A DNA stretch of 64,000 nt from an uncultured bacterium (GTDB lineage Bacteria > Zixibacteria > MSB-5A5 > GN15 > FEB-12): positions 32,001 to 96,000 of the forward strand of contig CBDVDR010000010.1 of the NCBI GenBank assembly GCA_965372795.1, written 5' to 3'. Shown here piece after piece: positions 53,365 through 64,000 of this stretch. The notes below the pieces were generated by a model. That model was not told where the DNA came from and ran no database searches. It was given only the letters and a program-made list of their open reading frames with translations. How positions within the stretch are numbered: position 1 is the first letter of the stretch; every line of letters begins with the position of its first letter. Both the position numbers and the translations under genes were made by a program.

Positions 53365-55377
53365 ATGAGAAGGATAAATCTACTCATTAATATTAGTATT
53401 TTAACGAATGTGCTAATATTTGTTGTTATCTCATACTTTGAATTTGAATGGGCATGGGGAATTAACCATCTTCTATTTTTACCTGACAATTTTACTTACA
53501 TATACTATTTTTGTATAGTAATTATATTAATAATTCTTTTTTCTTCATTAAAAACTAATTCACTGGAAAATGTATTTCAATGGTTTGGAGAAATCTTCTT
53601 TAAGAACAAATACGTTTATAGATATTTGCTAATCATTTTTTTAATTTTTATTTTCATTCTATTTCGATCCAAAACTTTTTTTCTGGGGGATGGCTACACA
53701 TGGATTGGTAATTTTGGAAATGATAAAATTCTGATCTTTAAATGGACGGAATCTTTATCCATCTATCTAATCAGATTAATTCAAAATATCTTAAACAGTA
53801 CCGACAGCAAAACAGCCCTTCTGTCATTTCAAATAATCTCAATAATTTCCGGTGGAGTTTTTATTTATAATATTGTTGAAGTTATAAAAGAAATTTGCCA
53901 AAATAACAACATCCGAATTTTCTGCTTCTTCTCTATTCTTCTATCCGGTTCTATTATGCTATTCTTTGGCTATGTTGAATTCTATCCGGCTCTCTGGGCG
54001 ATATTAAGTATTTTCCTGAATTTCTCCATCAAATATTTAAATAATAAATCAAAAATAATAGGTGTTATAATAATTTATCTGATAGCTATCAGTATTCATG
54101 CACAGACGTTATTTTTAATTTTAGGTTTTCTCTTTGTTATTACACACAAAACTCTAAATGTAAAGAAATTCATAAAATATAATAAATATGTTAAATATTC
54201 TTTAGGGTGTTTATTGTTAATATTCCCCATAGCCTACTACTTGCTTCATGAAAACATTTTATCATTCAGTTTGACTTTCCTACCATTATTTAGCACAAAA
54301 CTCTCTTATTACGTTTTTAGCCCATCGCATTTATTAGACATATTGAATCTATTATTTTTATTATTCCCAAGTTTGATAATTATTACTTCAATTTTAATTA
54401 TTTATAGAGCAAAATTTTCTAAAGATAATGTTTTTTATTTTTTACTTACTTTGTCAATCGGTTCTTTATCTTTTTTGATATTCGTTGATCCAAAACTAGG
54501 GATCGGCAGAGATTGGGATTTAATGTCTTTTACATTATTACCACCTTTCTTACTTTTATTTAAGGGATTGGATGCTTGTGCTAACAAGATTGGAATTAAA
54601 ACTATTCTTTGTAGTATAATTATATGTTTTATATCAACATCTTTTTTTATCACAATAAATCAAAATAAAAACTTTTCTGAAAAAAGATTTTACACGCTAT
54701 TAAAATCCTCAGGGAAAAAAGAAAGAAACGGGTGGGAAATCCTTTCAAATTATTATGAAAAAAGTGGTTATATTGAGAAAGGTAAATCAATTGCCTATGA
54801 ATCAGAAATATTATTCCCTGAATATTCTTTACATTTAAAAGGATTTAAATACCTTCAACAAGGCGAGATATCTAAAGCTTTTCAAATTGCTCAACATCTA
54901 ATTGCGCTTGATTCAAATAATACAAATTATCTCAACCTATTAGGACAGGTTTATGCATCAAAAGGAGATTTAATTCATGCCGAAAAAACTTTAAAGAAAG
55001 CTCTCAAAATTAGTCCCTTAGATTCAGGCGTACTTTTATCAATAAGTCAAATTTATATCGCTTTAAATCAAAATGACGTGGCATTGTCTAATTTGAGCAT
55101 GGCTTTCAAATTAAATCCCAGAAGAGAAACTTATGCTACTATTGGGTTAGTAAATTTTAAATTAGGAAAGTTTGAACGAACAACTCAAATTTGTGATACT
55201 TTGTTATATGACAATCCAAATTCCCCCGAAGGTCATATGCTTCGGATGATGATTTATTTATTTAAAAAAAACTACGAGTCTGCAAAATTTCATTATTTGG
55301 AATACTGTAAACATGGAGTTGGAAGACAAGAATATAAAAGTATAATTCAAAAATACAAATTCCTTGAATCTAAATAA
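53365..55377 (+). CDS. Polytopic membrane protein with C-terminal TPRs (GT-C-like)
   Basis: FLGDGY, FFGYVEFY, RDWDL; about 12 TM; TPR-like helices; very AT-rich. Confidence 0.7.
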   Translation: MRRINLLINISILTNVLIFVVISYFEFEWAWGINHLLFLPDNFTYIYYFCIVIILIILFSSLKTNSLENVFQWFGEIFFKNKYVYRYLLIIFLIFIFILFRSKTFFLGDGYTWIGNFGNDKILIFKWTESLSIYLIRLIQNILNSTDSKTALLSFQIISIISGGVFIYNIVEVIKEICQNNNIRIFCFFSILLSGSIMLFFGYVEFYPALWAILSIFLNFSIKYLNNKSKIIGVIIIYLIAISIHAQTLFLILGFLFVITHKTLNVKKFIKYNKYVKYSLGCLLLIFPIAYYLLHENILSFSLTFLPLFSTKLSYYVFSPSHLLDILNLLFLLFPSLIIITSILIIYRAKFSKDNVFYFLLTLSIGSLSFLIFVDPKLGIGRDWDLMSFTLLPPFLLLFKGLDACANKIGIKTILCSIIICFISTSFFITINQNKNFSEKRFYTLLKSSGKKERNGWEILSNYYEKSGYIEKGKSIAYESEILFPEYSLHLKGFKYLQQGEISKAFQIAQHLIALDSNNTNYLNLLGQVYASKGDLIHAEKTLKKALKISPLDSGVLLSISQIYIALNQNDVALSNLSMAFKLNPRRETYATIGLVNFKLGKFERTTQICDTLLYDNPNSPEGHMLRMMIYLFKKNYESAKFHYLEYCKHGVGRQEYKSIIQKYKFLESK

Positions 55378-55384
55378 TCTTATT

Positions 55385-55414
55385 AAAAAACCCCGACTCA
55401 ATAAATCGGGGTTT
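55385..55414. terminator. Bidirectional intrinsic terminator
   Basis: AAAACCCCGA...TCGGGGTTTT between convergent genes. Confidence 0.8.
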
Positions 55415-55495
55415 TCTATATATAAATCTCTTTGATAAATTACTAAGTAATCATCAATTAGTTCAGCCATAGGCTGAAAAAAGCAACTTCGTTGC

Positions 55496-57172
<1,677 letters not shown>

Positions 57173-57466
57173 TTAGCTGTTTTGAATGACAGCGAAAATC
57201 TCTGATTCTTTCATAATAATTAATTCATCACCTGCGATTAAAACTTCTGTACCTGCATATTTACCATACAGAACTTTGTCACCTTTTTTAACTTCAAGCG
57301 GTAAAACTTTGCCATCTTCTGTCATACGTCCAACGCCGACTTCAATAATTTCACCTTCCATAGGTTTTTCTTTAGCAGTATCAGGAATAATAATTCCCCC
57401 TGCTGTTACATCAGCGGCTTCAATCGGTTTGACCACAACTCGGTCACCTAATGGTTTAAAATTCAT
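57173..57466 (-). CDS. groS: Co-chaperonin GroES
   Basis: [27 protein letters not shown]. Confidence 0.99.
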   Translation of the reverse strand: MNFKPLGDRVVVKPIEAADVTAGGIIIPDTAKEKPMEGEIIEVGVGRMTEDGKVLPLEVKKGDKVLYGKYAGTEVLIAGDELIIMKESEIFAVIQNS

Positions 57467-57532
57467 CTCAATCTCCTATTTAATAATTGTTTGTTTTTTA
57501 TTTTTTAAAAAAAATACAGGCAACGCCTGTTG

Positions 57533-57559
57533 TTAGCACTCTACACTAATGAGTGCTAA
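57533..57559. promoter_or_regulatory. CIRCE element (HrcA operator)
   Basis: Perfect TTAGCACTC-N9-GAGTGCTAA upstream of groES. Confidence 0.97.
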
Positions 57560-57568
57560 TAAGCAATC

Positions 57569-57596
57569 AATATAGATTTAACGGTGATTTTGTCAA
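57569..57596 (-). promoter_or_regulatory. Sigma70-type groESL promoter
   Basis: Minus strand TTGACA-N16-TATATT just upstream of CIRCE. Confidence 0.7.
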
Positions 57597-57693
57597 GAAG
57601 TTTCAGTTTTTTTTTCAAAAAGAGGAGTTTTTTTATGGTGTATATATCACCCTGCGTAAGTCGTTAATAAACAATAATAAAGGTGATATTTCT

Positions 57694-57876
57694 TTATGTG
57701 CTATTGCTTAAGAGATATACCACCCACACTACCATACTTAAAAATGCTGTTAAGGGAATAAAATAATAAAACGGCAGTTCTATTCCAAGATAGCGTAATC
57801 TCAGTATTATACAGTAAAGAATTAGCCATATAAAAACGCATCCTATGCAAAATCCAATTATAAGTTTTAATTCCAT
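57694..57876 (-). CDS. Small two-TM membrane protein
   Basis: Two hydrophobic helices; AAGGAA RBS. Confidence 0.5.
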   Translation of the reverse strand: MELKLIIGFCIGCVFIWLILYCIILRLRYLGIELPFYYFIPLTAFLSMVVWVVYLLSNST

Positions 57877-58346
57877 TTAAAAAAATTCCTTTATTTATAA
57901 AATGATTATTATTGTTATGTCGACTGTTTTTAATTAAACTTTAGCCTTGTTATATATATTATCGGCTTAATTCGAGAATTTTGTATTAAATGGTTCATTT
58001 TATTTAAAAATAAATCGTAATCGATTATAAGACATAACATTAGTTTATTATTTAAATAATATCTTGTATTAAATAATCAATTTAATCAATAATTAACCTC
58101 TGTCACCAACTCCATTTAACATTACAAAGTTCTCCTATTTCTGGCATCTCTATATATTCTACCTACATAACATTATACGTATTTCAACTTTTTACGTATT
58201 TCAACTTTTTATCTTTCTTATGCTTTTTGTAATTACATTTTTATATTAGAATTAATAGTGATTGCTGAACCAGAACTATTTGTAAAGGGGTTTGTTAAGG
58301 AAATATGAATCGAATTGGAATGATTTTAAAATGAAATGGAGACTAT

Positions 58347-58727
58347 ATGACCAAAGCTGACCAAAACTCAAATGTTGCCGTACTCGGTGCTTCGCCCAAA
58401 GAAGAAAGATATTCGTTCAAAGCAGTTAAAATGCTCAAAGAGCACAACCATAACCCAATCCCGGTTCACCCGGTCGGACATACGGTTGACGGAACCCCCG
58501 GACTTAGGAATCTGGGCGAAATCGACAAAGAGATTGATACCCTGACCATGTATGTCAGCGCCAAAATCTCAAACGGTTCATTTGATGAAATTATAAAACT
58601 GAAACCTCGACGGGTAATTTTTAACCCCGGCTCTGAAAACCCTGAGTTGGCTGAAAAACTAAAATCCGAGGGAATTGAAATTGTCGAAGCCTGTACTTTG
58701 GTAATGCTTCAAACCGGACAATATTAA
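58347..58727 (+). CDS. CoA-binding protein (YccU-like)
   Basis: VAVLGAS, PVHP, IFNPGSEN, ACTLVML. Confidence 0.9.
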   Translation: MTKADQNSNVAVLGASPKEERYSFKAVKMLKEHNHNPIPVHPVGHTVDGTPGLRNLGEIDKEIDTLTMYVSAKISNGSFDEIIKLKPRRVIFNPGSENPELAEKLKSEGIEIVEACTLVMLQTGQY

Positions 58728-58734
58728 CTGACAT

Positions 58735-59067
58735 AGCAGGCGAAGCCTGTATATTCCTGACGAAGCACATAGAATCAGACAATTATATAAAGCAGGCGAA
58801 GCCTGTTAATTGCTGACGAAGCACATAGTTCAAGTAGGGTGGGATCCCTGTGATCCCGCCAAAAAGTAGCCAGTAGGGCAGAACCCCACCTTTGGCGGAC
58901 TATTAGCCTTTAGTGGTTCTGCCAATGTGTCAGGAGCACAGGGCTCACTGACCTACTCAAGACTGACGAAACAGATAGAATCAGACAATTATATAAGCAG
59001 GCGAAGCCTGTTAATTGCTGACGAAGCACATAGAATCAAACAATTATATAAAGCAGGCGAAGCCTGT
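58735..59067. repeat. 56-bp tandem repeat interrupted by three GTAG-type REP hairpins
   Basis: AGCAGGCGAAGCCTGT at 58735, 58791, 58996, 59052; REPs at 58834, 58873 and (minus) 58927-58956. Confidence 0.85.
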
Positions 59068-59101
59068 GGAGAAACTTTAAATATGGTCGATATTAGATAT
59101 T

Positions 59102-59944
59102 ATGGCTAAAAAAAATAAACAAAAAGTAGCATTCCAGGGTGAACGCGGAGCCTTCTCAGAAGTTGCCGCCCGAGACCTTCTGGGTAAATCAACCGTACCG
59201 ATTCCCTGTCAATCATTTGAGGAACTCTTTGACCGCGTCGAATCCCGCAAAGCAGATTTCGGCGTGATCCCGATTGAAAATTCACTGGTCGGATCAATCC
59301 ATAAAAATTATGATCTTCTTCTTGAACGCAATCTCCAAGTTATTGGTGAAACCCAGCTTCGAATTGTCCATTGTCTGATTGCCCCGAAAAAAGTCGGCTT
59401 CTCTAAAATCAGTAAAGTCTATTCTCATCCGGTTGCTCTTGACCAGTGCCGTAATTTTTTCAATAAACATACCAAAATTGCCCCTATCTCATATTACGAT
59501 ACTGCCGGATCGGTGAAGATGCTTTCTGAATCAGGTCTGAAAAATTCTGCCGCGGTGGCGGCTCCGTATGCGGCTGATATTTACAAGATGAATATTTTAA
59601 AAAAATCGATTGAAGATGAAAAAACAAACTTCACCCGATTTTTATTGCTCGCCAAAAAACCGGTAACTTTTAAAGGCAAAGCCAAAACTTCGATAGTTTT
59701 CTCGATGAAAAACCAGCCGGGAATTTTATTTAAAGTTCTTTCGGTTTTTGCTCTTAGAGATATCAACTTGACAAAAATCGAATCGCGTCCGGTTCGCAAA
59801 AAAGTCTGGCAATATCATTTCTATATTGATTTTGAAGGTTCGATTCAGGAATCCCGCGTTAAATTCGCGCTTGACCATTTAGGTGAAATAACTCATTTCA
59901 TCAAGATACTCGGAACGTATCCCAAAACAGTAAACGGGGTTTAA
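59102..59944 (+). CDS. pheA: Prephenate dehydratase (PDT + ACT)
   Basis: FQGERGAFSE, PIENS, SHPVALDQC, NFTRF, LTKIESRP. Confidence 0.95.
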   Translation: MAKKNKQKVAFQGERGAFSEVAARDLLGKSTVPIPCQSFEELFDRVESRKADFGVIPIENSLVGSIHKNYDLLLERNLQVIGETQLRIVHCLIAPKKVGFSKISKVYSHPVALDQCRNFFNKHTKIAPISYYDTAGSVKMLSESGLKNSAAVAAPYAADIYKMNILKKSIEDEKTNFTRFLLLAKKPVTFKGKAKTSIVFSMKNQPGILFKVLSVFALRDINLTKIESRPVRKKVWQYHFYIDFEGSIQESRVKFALDHLGEITHFIKILGTYPKTVNGV

Positions 59945-59951
59945 AAATAAC

Positions 59952-60653
59952 TTAAGCAATATGAGCCAGTTTCATAAATTTGGCTTCAACCGCTTTTTGT
60001 ACTGTTCCCAGTAAATCCTCAATATCCATATAAGCCGAATTGACCACCATGTCATAATGGTGCGGTTCATCAATATCCTCAGAAAATAGTTTCCGGACCA
60101 ATTCCGAACGATGTTTGTCAGATTCTTGCATTTCTCTTTCTGCCTGTTTTGGAGAAAGGTTACAATATTTCATTAAATTTGTTAATCGAATTTCAGGGGG
60201 TGCCACAAACCGGATATGGAATCCCTGCCTTGGACCTAAAATAAAATTACCACCCCGCCCTAATAAAATAACCCCGCCAAGTTTCGACATTGAAAGCACA
60301 ACCTTAAAAAGATGTTTGAAATAATCCTGATGATCAACCGAACGACCGCCAAACAAAGATTCAACCATCAGTTCAATATCGTTTCGGAATGTCTGGTCCA
60401 GGGACGCCACGATTCTTTTTCGATACCCCGATGATTTACAGATTGAATCTATTATTTCTTTATGAAGTTTTTGATAGCCGAGTTCCTCCGATAAACGGGT
60501 TGCAAAATATGAACCACGACTGCCTCGCTGACGGCTGACCGTTATAATCGGCGGAATAACAGAAATTGTTTTTGGTTCTTCTTCGAGTTGCTTTTTACGC
60601 TGGATTTCCCATTGAAGAAGTTGGCGATTTATTAATGCCTCAATAGATGACAT
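59952..60653 (-). CDS. Cytidylate kinase-like family protein
   Basis: ITVSRQRGSRG, VILLGRGG, YDMVVNS; ATG 60653 with AGGAGG. Confidence 0.85.
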   Translation of the reverse strand: MSSIEALINRQLLQWEIQRKKQLEEEPKTISVIPPIITVSRQRGSRGSYFATRLSEELGYQKLHKEIIDSICKSSGYRKRIVASLDQTFRNDIELMVESLFGGRSVDHQDYFKHLFKVVLSMSKLGGVILLGRGGNFILGPRQGFHIRFVAPPEIRLTNLMKYCNLSPKQAEREMQESDKHRSELVRKLFSEDIDEPHHYDMVVNSAYMDIEDLLGTVQKAVEAKFMKLAHIA

Positions 60654-60727
60654 AACTGACCACCTCCTTATATATATTATACGAACCAATCTATTATTTG
60701 GTTAATTATCTTTTGATGGAACTGAAT

Positions 60728-60971
60728 GGGGCAGACGAGGACGTCTGCCGCCCACACACAATAATCTTTTTTAGAAGAAGGAGTAGGTCGAAACCCCTGT
60801 GGTTTCGACATTTTTTTTGAATCCAAGGATATACTACAAATCAAACCACGAAGTGGATGTCTAACCCACGAAGTTTGTAGGGATCAGGCATGCCTGATCC
60901 AATAAAAGAATAAAAAATAATTACACAAAGAAAATAAACACACTTAGTGTGTCAAACCCACGAAGTGGGTT
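60728..60971. repeat. Cluster of REP-like hairpins
   Basis: GTGG-type (60728-60755, minus), GTAG-type (60783, 60877), CCACGAAGT(GG) units at about 60846, 60866, 60955. Confidence 0.8.
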
Positions 60972-62163
60972 AACCTAAGGCTGACTTTATTTTATCGGCA
61001 TAAAGAGATGCAAGTTCGGATGAGGAATACTTTTTATTAGCGATCAAATAGCCATTCTCAGCAATATTATTTCTTTTTTCATCATCGGTTAATAAACTAA
61101 TAATCGACTCGGCCAAATTCTGGCTGTCATCTATTTTTACTAACAAGCCTGTTTCATTATGTTTGATAATATCTTTGATTCCCCCCGAATCAGTTCCAAT
61201 AACCGCCGTACCGCACATCATCGCCTCTGATAAAGTCAACCCGAATCCCTCAAGATACGAATTCAAGACCACAATTGTTGATCGGTTATAAATCGAACGT
61301 AATTCGGATTGATCAACTGCCGGAAAAATAGTTACCTTTTCCTGCAAACCAAATTTATGAATCAAACTTTCAATCTCCGGTTGTAAATCACCTTCGCCAT
61401 ATATATGAAGTTTCGCATCCGGTAATTTTTCATTCACCAGCGCAAAAGCCTTGATAAGATAATCGACCCGTTTCTGTTCGGTAAAACGGGTGACCGAGGT
61501 TACCAGATTTTTATCTTTAGAAATTAAATCATCTTTGTAAAAAATTGTTTCATCATGCGGCAGCGGGAGCACTTTTAGAATATCTTTAAGAGTTGGATCT
61601 AAACTCAAAATTTCATCTTTTAAATAATTTGAGACCATCGTCCAGGAATACAATGAATGACAGAAAGATTTCAAATACCTATAGGCGGCATTAAAATATT
61701 TATGGATCAACCGGATATCGGTTCCATGCGAAGACAAAATCATCGGCAGTCCGGTTTTTTTCTTAATTGTTTTCATAATCAACCCGGCCGGAACCAGCCA
61801 GTGCCCGCTGACAATATCAATAGACTCTTTATCGATTACTTCAAAAGCAGCTTGTCGGAATTTATCAAGAAAATTTTTGAATTGAAAAATTCCTGAGACC
61901 GATCCCAGCACCAGTTTGTGCATCTGTCCCCGATAAGCGATGTTTTCATTTTCATCTGTATCAGCATAGCGAAACCGATATATTTTGACCCCGTCCCATT
62001 CTTCATATTCTTTTACCCCGGGATCATGAGGTGCCAATATTACCGGCTGGATATTAAAATCGACCAGTTTCCGGCAAAGCAGATGGATAAAAACACCGGC
62101 AAAATCTCCTTTAAATCGGGGGTAATTGTGGGTCAGAACCAGCAGGTTTATTTTTTCAACCAT
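60970..62163 (-). CDS. GT4-family glycosyltransferase
   Basis: HGTD, KRVD, EGFGLTLSEAM, SGGIKDII. Confidence 0.92.
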   Translation of the reverse strand: MVEKINLLVLTHNYPRFKGDFAGVFIHLLCRKLVDFNIQPVILAPHDPGVKEYEEWDGVKIYRFRYADTDENENIAYRGQMHKLVLGSVSGIFQFKNFLDKFRQAAFEVIDKESIDIVSGHWLVPAGLIMKTIKKKTGLPMILSSHGTDIRLIHKYFNAAYRYLKSFCHSLYSWTMVSNYLKDEILSLDPTLKDILKVLPLPHDETIFYKDDLISKDKNLVTSVTRFTEQKRVDYLIKAFALVNEKLPDAKLHIYGEGDLQPEIESLIHKFGLQEKVTIFPAVDQSELRSIYNRSTIVVLNSYLEGFGLTLSEAMMCGTAVIGTDSGGIKDIIKHNETGLLVKIDDSQNLAESIISLLTDDEKRNNIAENGYLIANKKYSSSELASLYADKIKSALG

Positions 62164-62243
62164 ATCATTATCTTAAAATAAATTATTTCTTTGTAAAATA
62201 GATTCTTTTCATATTCTTATAGTATTATATTCAAATTAAGATT

Positions 62244-63182
62244 ATGAGCATACAAAAAAACATAAAACTAGATTTTACCGCTGAAATCGACTTTAGTAAG
62301 ATTCTTACCAACCCTATTCTGGATATTGCCGCCCGGGTTTGGGAGGATGATCAATATCAGGCTTTTAAATCCTGCTATCGGTCGATGCGAATTATCGATG
62401 ATTTAATTGATGAGAGAAAATCAACCGGCAAAAAATTTTCCTTCCTTGAAAAAGGAAAATATAAAAAAGAGATCAATAACTGGATTGCTAATTTAACCGC
62501 AAAAACTCCGGTTGATGATTTCCAAAAAGAACTGCTTGAGATTATCGAACAATTCAAAATCCCATTCACGCCCTGGATTCGTCTTTCTCAAGCTATGATT
62601 TATGATATTTACAATAACGGTTACTCCTCGTTTATTTCTTTTTTACGCTACACCGAAGGGGCCGCCATTGCTCCGGCATCAATTTTTATGCACTTGTGCG
62701 GTGTCAAAAAAGAGATAACTTCGTTTTCTGCTCCGCCTTATGATATTCGACAAGCTGCCCGACCTCTGGCAATATTTTCATATCTGGTTCATATTATCCG
62801 TGATTTTCAAAAAGACCGCCTCGCCGGGTTGAATTATTTCCCTGATGAATTTCTCCGCGAATTTCAATTAGATGACCAGACCCTTTTTAAGACAGCCAAT
62901 GAAAACGAAATCCCGGATAATTTCAGAAAATTAGTAACTCGTTATAAAACAATTGCCAATCGTTATAAACAGATTGCAAGACAGCAAATAGATTCTTTAT
63001 CTCCTTGCCTTGAACCAAGATACCAGCTTAGCCTGGAACTGATCTATAATTTATATCTTCAGATTTATGAGAAAATCGATCCCGAAAACGGTTTATTTAC
63101 AACCGAAGAATTAAATCCAACCAAAACTGAAGTGCAAAACAGGATAGAATTTACCGTAAGTTCTTTTCAGAGAAAAATTTAA
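62244..63182 (+). CDS. Squalene/phytoene synthase-family prenyltransferase
   Basis: RIIDDLID and HIIRDFQKD..G..YFP motifs. Confidence 0.8.
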   Translation: MSIQKNIKLDFTAEIDFSKILTNPILDIAARVWEDDQYQAFKSCYRSMRIIDDLIDERKSTGKKFSFLEKGKYKKEINNWIANLTAKTPVDDFQKELLEIIEQFKIPFTPWIRLSQAMIYDIYNNGYSSFISFLRYTEGAAIAPASIFMHLCGVKKEITSFSAPPYDIRQAARPLAIFSYLVHIIRDFQKDRLAGLNYFPDEFLREFQLDDQTLFKTANENEIPDNFRKLVTRYKTIANRYKQIARQQIDSLSPCLEPRYQLSLELIYNLYLQIYEKIDPENGLFTTEELNPTKTEVQNRIEFTVSSFQRKI

Positions 63183-63285
63183 AACTTTTCTGGAAGAATA
63201 TTTCCCCTAATTTGTAAATCAAATGAAATAATTTTTCAGACGGATAGTTTTCTTCGTCTAATTGTATAAACAAATGAGGTTTGAT

Positions 63286-64000
63286 ATGATAAAAAGTTTT
63301 TCCACTCTAATTACATTACTTCTTTTGGGATCAGTTTTATTCGCCAATGAAATTTCCGTTACGGTTTATAACAGCAATCTTGGCGTTGTGTCCGAATCAA
63401 GATCGCTGTCATTTGATAAAGGAACCGGTCGGCTTGCTTTTACCGATGTACCTTCAATGATTGATCCCAACTCGGTTAGATTCGAACTCAAAGAATCATC
63501 CGGCAAGGTTACTATCCTCGAACAAAACTATGCTTACGATCTGGTTAGCCCGACTCAGATTTATTCAAAATATATTGATCATGAAATTGAACTTTACGAT
63601 CAGGATGGAAAACTATATACCGGAATTCTTTTAGCCTTTAGTAAAGGTGAAGTTACGCTCAAAGAAAAATCCGGTAAAATTAAAATTATCCTGCTCTCAA
63701 ATATCAGCGAAGTAAGTTTCCCTTCTTTACCTGAAGGATTAATTACCAAGCCGACTTTGTTCTGGCTCTATAATTCTGATATCTCAGGCAATAAAAACTG
63801 TCAGGTCAGCTACCAGACCGGCGGTCTTTCGTGGAATGCTGAATATGTGGGAGTCTTAAATGCCGACGAGAATTTTCTTAATCTATCGGGCTGGGCATCA
63901 ATTAATAATTCATCGGGTAAAATGTATCACAACGCTTCCTTAAAACTTGTTGCCGGCGATATCAATCGGGCAACAAAAGCAAGAGGAAGAGGTGAAGCAA
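63286..64000 (+). CDS. DUF4139/DUF4140-domain exported protein (runs off window edge)
   Basis: Not in ORF track. MIKSF...ISVTVYNSNLGVVSESR...IDPNSV...LEQNYAYDL...SYQTGGLSWNAEY. Confidence 0.85.
   Translation, partial: MIKSFSTLITLLLLGSVLFANEISVTVYNSNLGVVSESRSLSFDKGTGRLAFTDVPSMIDPNSVRFELKESSGKVTILEQNYAYDLVSPTQIYSKYIDHEIELYDQDGKLYTGILLAFSKGEVTLKEKSGKIKIILLSNISEVSFPSLPEGLITKPTLFWLYNSDISGNKNCQVSYQTGGLSWNAEYVGVLNADENFLNLSGWASINNSSGKMYHNASLKLVAGDINRATKARGRGEA

Noticed and set aside
58177..58210. 17-bp tandem duplication ACGTATTTCAACTTTTT
   Set aside because: Simple slippage in AT-rich intergenic DNA; no element between the copies
58735..59067. Hairpin repeats as a CRISPR array
   Set aside because: Intervening sequences are near-identical rather than unique spacers; no cas genes in the window

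Overview
Bacterial chromosomal window. Dockerin-like C-/N-terminal tags and an FlgD-Ig secretion tail suggest candidate phylum Zixibacteria or a related FCB lineage (inference). It has three zones. (1) 1-14.3 kb: accessory envelope and signalling genes (DUF1254 protein, OM beta-barrel, a NarL-type two-component set, a broken symporter-SBP fusion, an EEP hydrolase, a large PLD-like protein, a dockerin-tagged secreted protein). (2) About 14.66-34.16 kb: an AT-rich island integrated at the 3' end of tRNA-Ser(TGA) by a large serine recombinase whose ORF ends inside the tRNA. Its left end carries three tandem attP'-like half-sites. Cargo is defence-like: a three-gene operon ending in a 1812-aa ParA/MinD(KGGVGR)-LRR-Roc-COR-STAND(NB-ARC)-TPR fusion preceded by an FxsC-like protein and a membrane protein; a type I R-M locus with a GIY-YIG nuclease and two UDG-superfamily glycosylases; and a nested HTH/tyrosine-recombinase module. 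(3) 34.3-64 kb: mostly housekeeping or secreted-protein genes (S8 and M4 peptidases, epimerase, AGCS symporter, eno, groES-groEL with CIRCE, pheA, GT4, squalene/phytoene synthase), plus a SLOG-ART-like fusion and two clusters of GTAG-type REP hairpins. All family calls are motif recognition by eye. No searches were run.
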